A stretch of DNA of 40,628 bases, from contig NW_021835346.1 of the NCBI RefSeq assembly GCF_006345805.1, positions 1 through 40,628 of the forward strand, given 5' to 3'. Of the stretch, positions 11,469-22,900 are shown one piece after another. This DNA comes from Octopus sinensis. Lineage: Eukaryota. The position numbers and the translations under genes are program-made. Within the stretch, counting starts at the first letter, position 1. Every line of letters begins with the position of its first letter. The notes under the pieces are model-generated. The model was given only the letters and a program-made list of their open reading frames with translations. It made no database searches and had not been told where the DNA came from.

Positions 11469-12024
11469 GTCGGACTGTAGATAGTCTAAGAATTATGAAA
11501 GTTTGTTATTTTTATTATTTATGAATTAATATGAATTCTAAAGCTCAAAATTCAAATAATTAAATATTAGTTTGTAGCCAAATTCTATCTCCTTCTTCAC
11601 TTTGTTTTGTTGAACTTTTTCTTGTTAAAAATCGTTTAGATTAATTAATTCCATTCATTAGCTTTTAATCCCCTTTTGAATGCAATAAAATTTTCAAGTG
11701 AAATTCAAGAATTTAATATTATTCAAATAAAATATTATTTGTTAGATCCCTGTTTTTTCATGTCAGTCACATACATAATCAATATGATCATGAACAAAAA
11801 TTTTATTTACTTATTTGTTTTTATTAATAGTGAACAATTTTTTAGACCAATTCCCGTCAAATATATTTATTTTTTTGCCTATTGATACGTGTACGTGTTA
11901 TTCTAGTCTACTGCAGTAAAAGGTATAATAAACTAAAAATAGCGATTCTAAGAAAAAGACTAATCAGTTTTTATTATCTAAATAACACTTTCATTGAGAT
12001 AAAATTCAAATAAAATCGCACAGT

Positions 12025-14012
12025 TTAATTTGTATCGACCTCTCTACCGTGGTAAGATTTTTTCCGTTTTTTAGCATTCTGTATATGTCGAAACTTCTTA
12101 GGATCAAAGCCATAAGCAAATAGACGGTCATCATTCAACCCACCATTATTACTGATCTTTCTTTTTGTTTTCATATTCTTTTCAGCATTATTTGACTCAT
12201 TCTTGACCAGAGAAGCATCAATAGTGGAATCATGTTGGCCATTTCCAACAGCATCATCAACTTCTTGATTCTGTTCAATCCCTTTCAATGACTTAAATAT
12301 ATGTCGCTTCAGCTTATGTTTTTTCCGTCGTTTCTCGTACATCTTCTTATCATTATACTCCTCTTCATCAGTCCTATACTGAACCATCTTCTTTAAGGAA
12401 ACCCACTGATTCAACTCTTTATAATCCGCATTGAGAATTTCTTCGAGTGATAGACCGAAATCACATTCCGAAACATTTCTATAAGAAAATCTATTTGGAG
12501 GTGGAGGAATTATATCCTCAGGGACCATCATTCGAGTTTTAACAGCTTCTCTACGAAGTGCCCGTTTGCTCTGTAAATTTTCTAACGCTTCATCTTCAGA
12601 AGAAGAAAATTTTGGTTTTTTTTCTTTGAAAGGAATATTATAGAAATTATCACCAAAAATTTCCTAAAATTAGTAAAATGAAACCAAACATTCATTTGTT
12701 GGTCATGTTCTTCTGGATCAAAATCTCCAAACACATGACTCGTGTCAAAATTCTGATTTCCACTGAGAGACCTTAATTTGGATACTTTCGCAGCTTCTTC
12801 TTTCCGCTGAAGACTTCTGAGTCGTTTTAATTCTTCTCTTTTCTTATTTTCCCTTGTTTCTTTCCTCTCCTTTGCTTTCAAACGGGCTTCACTTCGACGG
12901 TGATCCACAGGACGGACAGAATCGGTGATTTTCCGTGGATAAGATTTAATCTGTAAAAGAAATTAATATCATAAATTAAAACTAGTCACAAAATATTCAC
13001 TTAATCTAGCCGCTAATAAACATAACGACAATCATAGAATAGAACGCGCAAAAAAGTATACCTGACAACCGTCTGGTTCTTCAAACCTGAAGTTATAATT
13101 TTTCTCGAATTCATCTTGCTTATCCTCCTCAGCGGAATCAGAGTCAGAAGAATTTAGTTTATATTCAGTATCATTGTCATCCTCATCCACGAGATACTTT
13201 CGATTAAGCAAATAATCTCTCAAAAATTTATCATTTTCAGATATTTTTTCGGACTGCCAATAGTCTCTTAAGGATTCCTACAGTAAACACACTGAGAAAA
13301 CCAGCTGACTGAATTTTCGAGAACAATCTGGACGCTCCGATTTTAGAAATTTTATATATTCTTCGTCATCTTTATTCTAATTTCTTTACTCAAAAATTAA
13401 ACACGGTTTTATCTTGATTTGGCTCTTTTTTGGTCAAAAAATCATCGTCGCTATCATCGACAAATTGTTTAATACTAAAAACAATATTATTAATTTATAG
13501 ACTTTTCCTTTAGTTTATTTTGTTCGTCAACATAGGATCCAGGCACTATTTCCGTCATGTAAGCATCTTGAGGTTCTTCTCCCTTCAAAATACGCCTTCT
13601 TTCGTAATCTTTGAAAAGCAGGGGCTTTTCACGTTTTTTGGTGGGTTTATGTTCATTTCCTTCACTTTTTTGTTTTTCTATGTTAAAAATTAGTTAAAAA
13701 ATAAATTACCGAAAAACTTAAGGTCTTTGTTGTAGAGTTCTGCTGTGGAAAACTTGGCAGTTGCATAAAGTCTCATCCATTCCTCGTCAACTTGTGGAGT
13801 CAATTGTGTGGCACAGTCATCTTCTGTTTCAGAGGATGTTTCATTTTCTGAAGGATTGCCGTAACGATCTTTTACTAGGAGTTTAATTTATGCTTTTATA
13901 TTTTACATTTCTGAAGTTCTTCCTTTTCTCTCCATTGATTGTAATTATTAGCGTACGATTCGTTTATATTTAAGTCTTCTTCATCAGAAATATCGAGATC
14001 GAGTTTACCCAT
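12025..14012 (-). CDS. KRI1: KRI1 homolog (40S ribosome biogenesis factor), multi-exon, copy A
   Basis: MGKLDLDISDEEDLNINESYANNYNQWREKEELQK..., FLRDYLLNRKY, QDEFEKNYNFRFEEPD, FSYRNVSECDFGLSLEEILNADYKELNQWVSLKK (KRI1 and Kri1_C motifs). Confidence 0.9.
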
Positions 14013-14178
14013 TTAATACCACAACATGGAAACTGTTTGAAAATTTTATTGGTAGTTAAATAAAAGTGAAATCATTGTAAATATTTTTAATTTATAACAA
14101 ACATAACTTGAAAATATTTGAAATTAAAAGAAAATTTAAAGACACGTCTAATAAACTACCCTCTGTGATTATGTAGAC

Positions 14179-14227
14179 CAGGGGTTCTCAACCTTTTTAG
14201 CTCAAGGGCCAAATCGATAATTAAGAT
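14179..14227 (+). mobile_element. Isolated 49-bp left end of a hAT (Buster-type) element
   Basis: Identical to 25215-25263 (CAGGGGTTCTCAACC...TTAAGAT). Preceded by ATGTAGAC, an nnnTAnnn target. Confidence 0.85.
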
Positions 14228-15560
14228 GTTCTTCCGAGTTCTTCATAAATTGTCAGGTTTTCGGATTTCTTCTTTCGCGCTAGAATCTTTACCGATGCAT
14301 ACATTTGCGCTTCGTGCTTGTACTTTTTTACTTCTTTTGAAAGGTTTTTTAGCTCTGTTTCGTGGTTTTTCTGACACTTTTTTCATATTTTTCGAATGAT
14401 TTTGTTTTTGCAATTTTGAACTCAATTGCTTTCATTTGGTTGTGAGTGTTTATACAATTGATACGTAGATTTTTTTGTAAATAAGAGAGCTGATCTATTT
14501 CAGGGCCGTGGATTCCTTTGAACGTTTTGGGAATTGTCTCAGTTGTGTGTTTAGTCGCTGCTTTTTTTGTTTACAAGTTCATTTCTTAAAGTTCCTAAAT
14601 TAAGATTAATCGGTTCTATGGCTTGCGATAATTTAGCGGAATAGTTAGTTTTTGAGATAAAATTGTTTCTTAGGAGTTTGACTGGGTATCTAATTTTTTT
14701 GTGTCTGTTTTTGACTTTGTTAATTCAAAATCTCCCCTTTATGAAAAGCTTGATTACCAGCTGTTTATGGTCACTCGATGTTTGCCTCTATATATTTGGG
14801 TATTTGAGAGTAAAGCTTTCTGTGATTGTCAACACAGAAAGTAGTCAATTTGGTTATATATTTTGATTACATGTCTTTCCGAGCTCAGACGTTCTCCATC
14901 CAGGTCGTGATATGAGATGCTGTGTTGAAAATGAATAATTTTTCATTGTTGGTGGAGTTGGCCGTGGTTGCTTCAGACATATTTCTCTGATTTCTTCTAT
15001 TGCTATCCATGAAGGTCAGTTCTTAGGTCCCTTTTCCAACCTGCCCACTCCAATCTCCGCCTTTGTAATGTAGATAGCTCGTGGATATCTCCATAAAGGC
15101 TGTGGATAGTAAACTGTAAAAATCTTTCAGTTCCGTTGGGTTTTAGACGCTTTTGTAGATGTAGGTCCATATACATTTATAATTGTAATTTTATAGTTAG
15201 ATTAAAATTCAAGTTGTATTACGCAAATTCTGTTATTCACTTTTCATATTCCTTTGATATATTCCCTTAGCCCATCGCGTACTGGTGATAGTCCGAACGT
15301 AACAAGATGAAGTAGTGGTAAGCATTTTGTTTGTTAAGTCCTTCTTTAACTTTGGTCTCTTGCAGGTCCGGAGATATTAATGTTGTATCCTTTCAGATCT
15401 TGGCAAAGTGGCCTCTTTTTACCGACGACTTTAACCTTCAAACGTTGAAGGAAGCCTGCGTAAACAGACAGTTTGAGAAGAGTGAAAATGACATTGTGCA
15501 AATTTGAGATGTGTCACCAGCCCCTTTCTCAATTGGTACTCTAAACGTTAGATGACTCAA
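14228..15560 (-). mobile_element. 5' part (APE endonuclease + linker) of a degenerate RTE-like LINE
   Basis: Broken frames give YNINISGLQETK, RICVIQL...ITIINVYGPTS, GDWSGQVG, YNQIDYFLC...SDHKQLV (EEP motifs). 14228-14395 matches 40221-40376. Confidence 0.78.
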
Positions 15561-15638
15561 CCCCATAAGCTTAATTTGATTTATAAAATGAATCAAATAA
15601 ATCTAAATTTATTATCCAAAAACTTAAATAAGTAAGTA

Positions 15639-16300
15639 CAGTGAAACCTTTTGAATCTGCCACTTCTCTAAGTAACATCTTCTCACATCTAGTAGCACAG
15701 TGGTCGACAGTCTTTCTATTTCATGCAGTAGGAACACATTGAGTTATGTTTTGTAAAGAATTAATTTTTATTTTGCACGAGACCGAATAAGCCTTCAGAT
15801 TGTGGGGAGTAGTTCGCTGTGGCTGGGCAGTATAGAGTTTTTAACATTCAGCAAATCCTTCTTAGCACTTTTGTATAGAGATATTTTGAAAAAAATTTTC
15901 TTAGTAGGTACTTGTTTTTGACTTTGGCTATCAGTTTTTTGTTAAGTAAAACTGATTCTTCAAGCAGATATTTGTGTTTCAAGTACTTTTCAATAGTGGT
16001 CAGATGAGTTTTTCCAGCACTTCAGTCTGAATAATCAAATCTTCTTTTGCAGAAACCACTTGTTTTAAGTGAATGAGGAATCCAAGAAGCATACGAGAAA
16101 TTAAACTCAATCCTTTTTCAAAATTGTTATGGGAGAAATATAATCTCTGTTTGTTCGCAAATCGGAGCTGTATCTTGTATTTTATTAATTTTGCCTGGAT
16201 TTTATCGTCCACCATTTCATATTCGAATGACTAGACATTGACTGGTTTAATTTAATAGTTTTACAGTGAGAGGCGGGTTCATTAATTTGCTTGAACAGAT
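15639..16300 (-). mobile_element. Possible old pogo-like remnant
   Basis: TA|CAGTGAAACCT Tigger-like terminus at 15637-15650. Weak DDE_1-like fragments (EIIFLP, ASWIPHSLKTSGF). No partner TIR found. Confidence 0.3.
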
Positions 16301-16449
16301 TCACCCTATTCAGTTTTTTTAATTGCTAACCTTTCAATTCGCGTAATTCTTTTTCTAAGAATTATTTTAAGCATGTCCGTTTTTTGGATTTTTCAGTTGA
16401 ATTCTTAAGTGTACAAATTATTTAATAAAATTATTAGAGGAGTTAACTA

Positions 16450-16730
16450 AATTAGATGAGTCGCCGAGCAGATAGACAGGCAATTTCCGCTGAAGATGCC
16501 AGCTCGTTTCTCGACTGTTGTGACTCCTCCTCGTGATGATTAAACCAATCTCTGAGAGGAGTTTGAGGGCTTTGGGTCCAACTGCCGGCACTGAGGCGAC
16601 AAGAGAGAAGATGTAAACCTCTCCTGTCGATGAGTTGTCCACATCTGCAATGGTGCGGCTGACAAATCTCTATGCCAAGCCGTAAACAGATTCCGATGCG
16701 GACTGATTGGCTTTCTTAGCCGTATCAAAA
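16450..16730 (-). mobile_element. Internally deleted fragment of a divergent CRE-like retrotransposon
   Basis: QSVRIGICLRLGIEICQPHHCRCGQLIDRRGLHLLSCRLSAG is joined to AVGPKALKLLSEIG...RETSWHLQRK. Both parts align by eye to the C-terminus of the 20.6-23.6 kb element. Confidence 0.78.
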
Positions 16731-17064
16731 ATATAGACCCTGGAGTTATAATATGGAGCATAAGGTATATTTAATTATTTAATGTTATCTACATTACAAT
16801 TGACTGAAAAAATATTTTTACTTTGTAAAAATACAAATATTTTTCAGAAGGATTTGTAATCATCGTTTAAAATAGTATAAAATATACTATTGAAATACGT
16901 TTAATCTTTTATTAGCTACCTAGGCGAATTTTTTCATCATGAAAATTTCCCCAAACATAGCTTTATTAAAATTCAAAAATGCAAATTTTATTGAACAAAA
17001 TAAATTATATAATAATATTAAGGGGTCTTATCAATACAAATTTTTTACCAATATAAATAATAGT

Positions 17065-18930
17065 CTAAAGAAATTTAACACTTCTTTCATTAAATTTTAA
17101 CTAACAAATTAGAAAATCAAAGGATACATTTTTATTAGAATTTTCTTCATTTGTCAATTTCGACCGTTTCTTAGATTTGGACTCAACGGCATTGTGTGAC
17201 TAAATTAATAAATACTCAACATTCATTACTTTTGGAGAGGACGGACATATTTTTATACGAATCTTGCAGTCAATGTTGTCACAAGTAACTTTCACAGAAT
17301 CCGACAATAAAGACGAAAAAAAATCACATTTTTCTGAATATTCAAACTTTTTAGGAGCACAATAATTCTAAATAATTGGCATAATTAACAATACATCATT
17401 CTGTAAATAATTCAAAATGACTGGCTCACCAGTTCTGATATAAAACAGTAAATACGGATTTGAATTCATTACAGTATTCAAAGTTATAACTTGAATCTAA
17501 AATTTTAATTTATTGAATTTCTTACATCACGGTCATTTGCCATGTACCAAACATCGGAAGCAGACCGAACATAAGAAAAATAATGTCCTTGTCTAATACC
17601 GCCTCCCTGATGTACAATCACAGCGTAAAGATTATAAAGCTCGGGAGCACCCTTAAAATATTAAAATGGAATATTACAATATTGTCACTCATATATGGTC
17701 TTATATCGAGTGTTTGATCAAAATTAATTTTCTTAGTTACTTTTTGAGAATTACTATTGTCATATGAAAATCTATTTTTTATTTAAAACGATTTAAACTT
17801 TTTTAGCTGGAATGTTAATAAATTCGGAGGCTGGTTGATCGACATTTTTTTGGTAGCAGGAACTGTCTTCTTACATCTATTAGATATTTTATTCAATAAT
17901 TTGGGTTGAATACTAATTAAGTGCATTATTTTTAAAATTCATAAAAATAAGATTAACCTACCGTTCACATGAGTAACTATTCTCTTCACTAAGATGTTCC
18001 TCAGAGAAAAAACTCCTTAGCCCATCAGCGAGAGAAGAATTAAGCTTTGAAATGAATTTTAGTCAAAATACTCGAATATCAGTCGCCAAGTCAAAGAAGG
18101 GGTCGTATGTATTTGAGATAGTTCCGCAAACATCGCAAGCAACTAATGTGATAATGGAAACATGAACACCTCGACTGCAGAGAAATCCACAGAAAATTCT
18201 ATAAATGATGCTTGTTATTTCAGATGATTTTTGCCTAAATTTTATTAATTTTTTGTAAAAATACAAATTTTTGTGTCCAAAAGTACAACATTTATGCATT
18301 TCCTCGAGCAAAAACCTTAGAAATTCGTGAGCATCTTGTTGCTGATTCAAATCAAAATTATGAGCAATTTCTATTAAAATAAAAATACTGATTAAACCAT
18401 GAAGATTTTTGACAATATTTTTTGGAAAAAAAGCATTTCCTTCCATTGTACGGATAAAATGATTTTTCATTTCGCACATTAAACAAAACAAATTCTCTCC
18501 ACGTTTTTTACCTTCAAACTGAGCAAATTAAAAGATAACAATAGTTAAAGTGCGAGTCTGTTTCAAGGTAATTAAACAAAGGCGGAGTGTATCTCAGACA
18601 TTGAAGAACGGAATTAATATAACAAGAGTTCCTCTGATTACATAGACCGACTCCCATTAAATTATCTGTTCGATAAGTCAACAAGACTTCTTCCGGTTTA
18701 CTCAAAACAATATCTTCTGTATTAATTTCAGAGAAAGGTCTTAGAGGAGAATAACTCTGAATAATTTCTTGTAATCGGGGATAATATTTTATCAGTTCCG
18801 AAGTTTCAAAGTCAGGGTCAAGTTTAGAATGCTTAAATTTAATTCTCTTCCAATGTCGATTTTTATCATTCTTGGAAGGTGAAGTAAATGACATATTGTC
18901 CTGTGGAGACTTGAAAGATCGACAGCTCAT
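17065..18930 (-). CDS. Ubiquitin-specific protease, USP36/USP42-like, multi-exon
   Basis: Cys box GLCNQRNSCYINSVLQCLRYTPPLFNYL, QQDAHEFLRFLL, IYRIFCGFLCS, CDVCGTISNTYDPFFDL, His box YNLYAVIVHQGGGIRQGHYFSYV..WYMANDRD, NPYLLFYIR. The 3' exon limit is approximate. Confidence 0.88.
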
Positions 18931-19339
18931 TCGATTACTGATAAATATTTTAAATTATAAAAAATGAATAATAATTTATTTTTATTAAAAAAGTGAATTT
19001 TATCACCTAATAATACTGATACGGTTTAACTAGAATAAGTAATTGGAAAATATTTTTAGAAATAATAAATAATTTCAAATATAATAATATAAAAATTATT
19101 AAGATGAAATGATTACTATGATAAATTTCGTATGATTTATATTACTATTACCTGATTTGGTAAAAAGTGTTAACAAAGTTTTGTACAAACAACAATGGAA
19201 TATTGCTTTTTAAATATTTAAAAAATAAGATTAAAAGTAAAATAAATCATTTACTCCTATTTTTGTAGATTATTAATTAAAGTCTAATCCAGTGATATCG
19301 AAAATCCTCTTCAGAGCCAACATTTCTTGGTGACAAGTT

Positions 19340-19785
19340 TTTTTTGGACTATTAATTTATTATTTGAAGACAGTTAGAAAAGGGAGAAAGATTGTTGAAA
19401 ACTACGTAGTTTAGGGCGCCCTCCCAGCCTGACGGATTACTTGCCGCGGATTACGGCAATGGAGAGGGGTTGAATAAGCAAAAAAGGACTCTTTCGGGTC
19501 GTCTCTTCTTTTGGCAATTCTTCTCCCCAAACCGCGTAGGAAACAAAGCGACTTGCGGCCAATGACCACGGGTCTCAACAGCGATGGGCGCGAAAACGAA
19601 GCTGGAGAGGTGACCGTATTTCAGGATTTTGAGATCTTGGAAGCAAAGCCTGGGTCGACGGCAGACCTGGCTAGGTTCCCGTTGGAGAATGTGTCACAGT
19701 AAGTGGAATCCCATATAAAGGATCTTCCCTGCCCAAAGGGGAATGTAGTTAAGCCGTCTGGGCGTTTGCCGTCACCTCAAGTTTC
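19340..19785 (-). mobile_element. 5'-truncated CRE-like retrotransposon (RLE domain only), frameshifted
   Basis: [32 protein letters not shown]...LKYGHL..FVFAPIAVETRG...GRRIAKRRDDPKE. GC-rich island. The 3' limit is approximate. Confidence 0.82.
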
Positions 19786-19954
19786 TTGCGTATTGTAAAT
19801 TTAATTGCGTATTGTAAATTTAATAATTAAAAACCATAATTATTAATTGATTTCATGCGTTACAATTTTTAATTAACCTTAATAAATTTTTATTTATTTT
19901 TTTATTAATTTGGTTAATAGTTATAAATTTTAAAAAGCAATTGATTTTATTCTG

Positions 19955-22900
19955 ATGTACAAAGTCTGTATTATTGGTTCCGGAAACTGGTGAATTTTTT
20001 GTTTAAATTAATTCTTAGGGGAAGCGCCATATCAGTAGTCATTGGAGAAAACGCTGCCAAAAATGAAATGTTTGACGATACAGTGAACATGTATGTACAC
20101 GAAGAAATAATAAATGGAGAAAAATTATCAGATATTATCAATCAAAAACATGAAAATGTAAAATATTTATTAGGGATAAAACTCCCTACGAACATTGTAA
20201 GCATGTTGTAAATTAAAATTTAGGTCGCAGTGCCGAATTTAGAAAAGACGGTGCGAGACGCAGATATCATTGTGTGGGTAGTACCTCACCAGTTTCTTCG
20301 TGGTCTTTGCACAGCTGCTAAGCCTTATATAAAGCCTACTACAATCAACGTCTCCTGCATCAAGGTTAATTAAATAGGTTATTCTGTTCATTTTGCAGTT
20401 ACTAAACTTATTTTTAGTGTATCATAAACTTATTTTTAGTGTTTCATAAACTTATTTTTAGTGTATCATAAACTTATTTTAGTGTTTCATAAACTTATTT
20501 TTAGTGTATCAGATTTTTTTTTTATTTTATTTTTTTTTTTAATTGTTAAAGTTTTGAAAAGTTATTATATCGAAAGAGAAGAGATTGATTTGAGAAATCA
20601 ATTGAGGAAGCCCGCTGCCTGTATGGAAAGCGAGTTCCCTCGGAGTATGGCTATTCCGATCCTTTGTCTTAGCCATACTCCTTCACGAGGATCATTCTTC
20701 TTTGTGGCGAGCATTCTTCCGAGTTCGCGCAAGAACTCGGCAGTCGCTGGGCCAACTGCTCCTGATGACTCAGCCGCAACAGGGGTGAATCTGTAGCGGT
20801 CCCCGAGGAAGGAATATTTTTTGGTTTTAAGGTTTTCCGCGATTGAGGCAGCTGCTCCAGGTGTCTGAACCGATTTAAGGAGATTCGTGCTTGAGTAAGT
20901 ATCGACGCAAGTTGCGTCCCAGACCAAAGATCGTCCGGAGTTGAAAGGGAAAGAGTCATCCCGTCAGGTCTCTTTCCATCACCTCGATCGAGACCCACTG
21001 GTTCAAGCTGTGCTGGGAAGCCTGCAGCCTTCAGAGCTCTGACGATCACGTCGTTCAGAGCGGCGTGACGTGGTCCTCTTCCGGCGGATCTCCTGCAGGA
21101 TAGCGGGTGCAATCCCTTCGCATCGACCGTTTTCCCGCAGCGGCATCGGTGCTCCTGGCAAACGTCTAGTCCAAGTCTTTGTCCGATTCCAATCCTCAAA
21201 GAATCGTCGTCCAAAAAAGTCCCGAGATTTGGGCAAGGGATTGCACCAAGCCATGCTCCGCTCCCTCCACTTGAGGCTGACACCAGGCAAGCAAGACGAT
21301 GTTGATTTGCTTCTTTTTTAAGCCCTTCTGAAATTTTGGAGCAGACAATGTTATCCCAGTTCCTTTGTTTCGTTGTGTCTTCGGGGATTTTGAGTCCTGA
21401 CCCGTTCCAATCCCGGCAAGCTTCATCAAATGACTCATTCCAGCGAAGTCCAATAGTGTGACGAAGGACTTGCCGTGTCAAATGGTTGCAGCTTGAGAGA
21501 GACGAAAGATATGCCGGGTACGCGACCTCCAGCGCCGATCTTAGACCGACACCCCCAAATCCAGAGGGAAGCTTACATTGCTTCCAACCGAGTTCGTCGA
21601 AGCGGACGTTGATTAGTGACTCAACAGTTTGTTTGAGAGATTTGTCTATCGAAAGTAGACTGTCGTAATGTTCGTGGCAGGGTGAACTTCGCAGTAGGTA
21701 TAAAAGCTTGGGTAGTCCGATGTTGTTTCTCATCAGGAAGAAGGATGTGTGAGAGTCGAGGCATGACAATCTTTTTGCGAGGCGAGATAATTCTTCATTT
21801 TTAGAAAGTAGATGGTTCCTGAGTTCGTCTTCACTGAGTGGACATCCAAGGAAATATAGTTTATCAACTGGCACAGTCGGGATCCCGGGAAGCAGTTCGT
21901 TGAAAAACTCCTTGATAGAGAGAAAGTCGGTGTTTGAGTATGAGACATTTATTAACTCTGATTTGTTAATATTGATGTCCAATCCCAAGTGTTTTAATGC
22001 GGGAAGTGCTTGACGTAAAGAGTTGTATGTTTCCTCGAATGATCCTCCAATTGTGGCATCGTCGAGATACCAGAGATTTAGTTGTGCGTCAATTGATCTC
22101 ACAACATCATCAATTGTCAGGGCAAATAAGAGGGGTCCGAGCGGATCTCCCTGCTGGACACCAGTTTTTGATTTAATGATTTCATCATCAAAAACCAGAG
22201 ACGTATCTTCTCCGTATGACAATTTAACAAGAGGGAAAAGCATGGGAGCCCTCTTCCAACACGTTTCCATAATGGAGTCTCTTCTGAGAGAATTGAATGC
22301 ATTGGTTATGTCCAATTTGATTCCAATGCATTCGTTTGCAGTATTCTTCTGTGTGAAGAAACGCCTTGCCGCATGAACCGCTGCCTCACATCCGTTCTGG
22401 ATACTAACACCCATTTGTTCTGGGAAGAACTCCGCACCGAGTGGGCGGCTCACGAGGGTCGAAGCAATCTTCGCTGCGAGTCTTCTGAAATAGTTTCCGA
22501 CCGCAATGGGGCGGATTCCTCCGTTGGGTTTTTTGAACGCGAGTAGCCTTGCGGAGAAGAGCAATTCTCTGGCATACTCCGGGATGTCGCCATTCACCAT
22601 TTTCCTTATTAGGTCCGTGATCGATTTAACAAGACAGCGTCCTGCTTCCGAGGTGTAGGTGGACGTTAGGTCCTTGATATGGCCGGGGCGTAACCCATCC
22701 AAGCCTCCGCTGCTGCTGGCGGCAAAAGAAGCGATTCCGCGCCGCACTTCTGATTCGGTAATCATAATCTCTTGGGTTCCTTCAGGATTCGAGAACTTTA
22801 CATAATCACTCGGTGCACTTGGGTGCTTCTGAGTTAAGGTATTCAGGACCTCGGGGGTGCTAGACAGCACGGTGTCATCGGACGTGATAACCCGTAGGGC

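Larger units (their letters stand above)
755..14178. repeat. Segmental duplication, copy A (13.4 kb), direct repeat of 26014-39042
   Basis: Colinear near-identity starts at TA|CAGTCCGACCTCTAAATGGGG and ends at GATTATGTAGAC (copy B GATTATGTAAAC). KRI1 and CWC15 ORF-track translations are identical between copies. Confidence 0.95.

Noticed and set aside
11676-11885. Short AT-rich ORF (also 36567-36749)
   Set aside because: Start and length are not conserved between the duplicate copies and there is no motif.
20404-20425. 22-mer as a known spliced leader, snRNA or telomere repeat
   Set aside because: Only a loose T-rich resemblance. There is no donor GT plus Sm-site RNA body and no exact match I can recall. 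Kept only as a testable idea.
20461-22376. Plus-strand ORFs 20461-20796, 21070-21321, 21486-21668 and 22023-22376
   Set aside because: Antisense shadows of the retrotransposon ORF.
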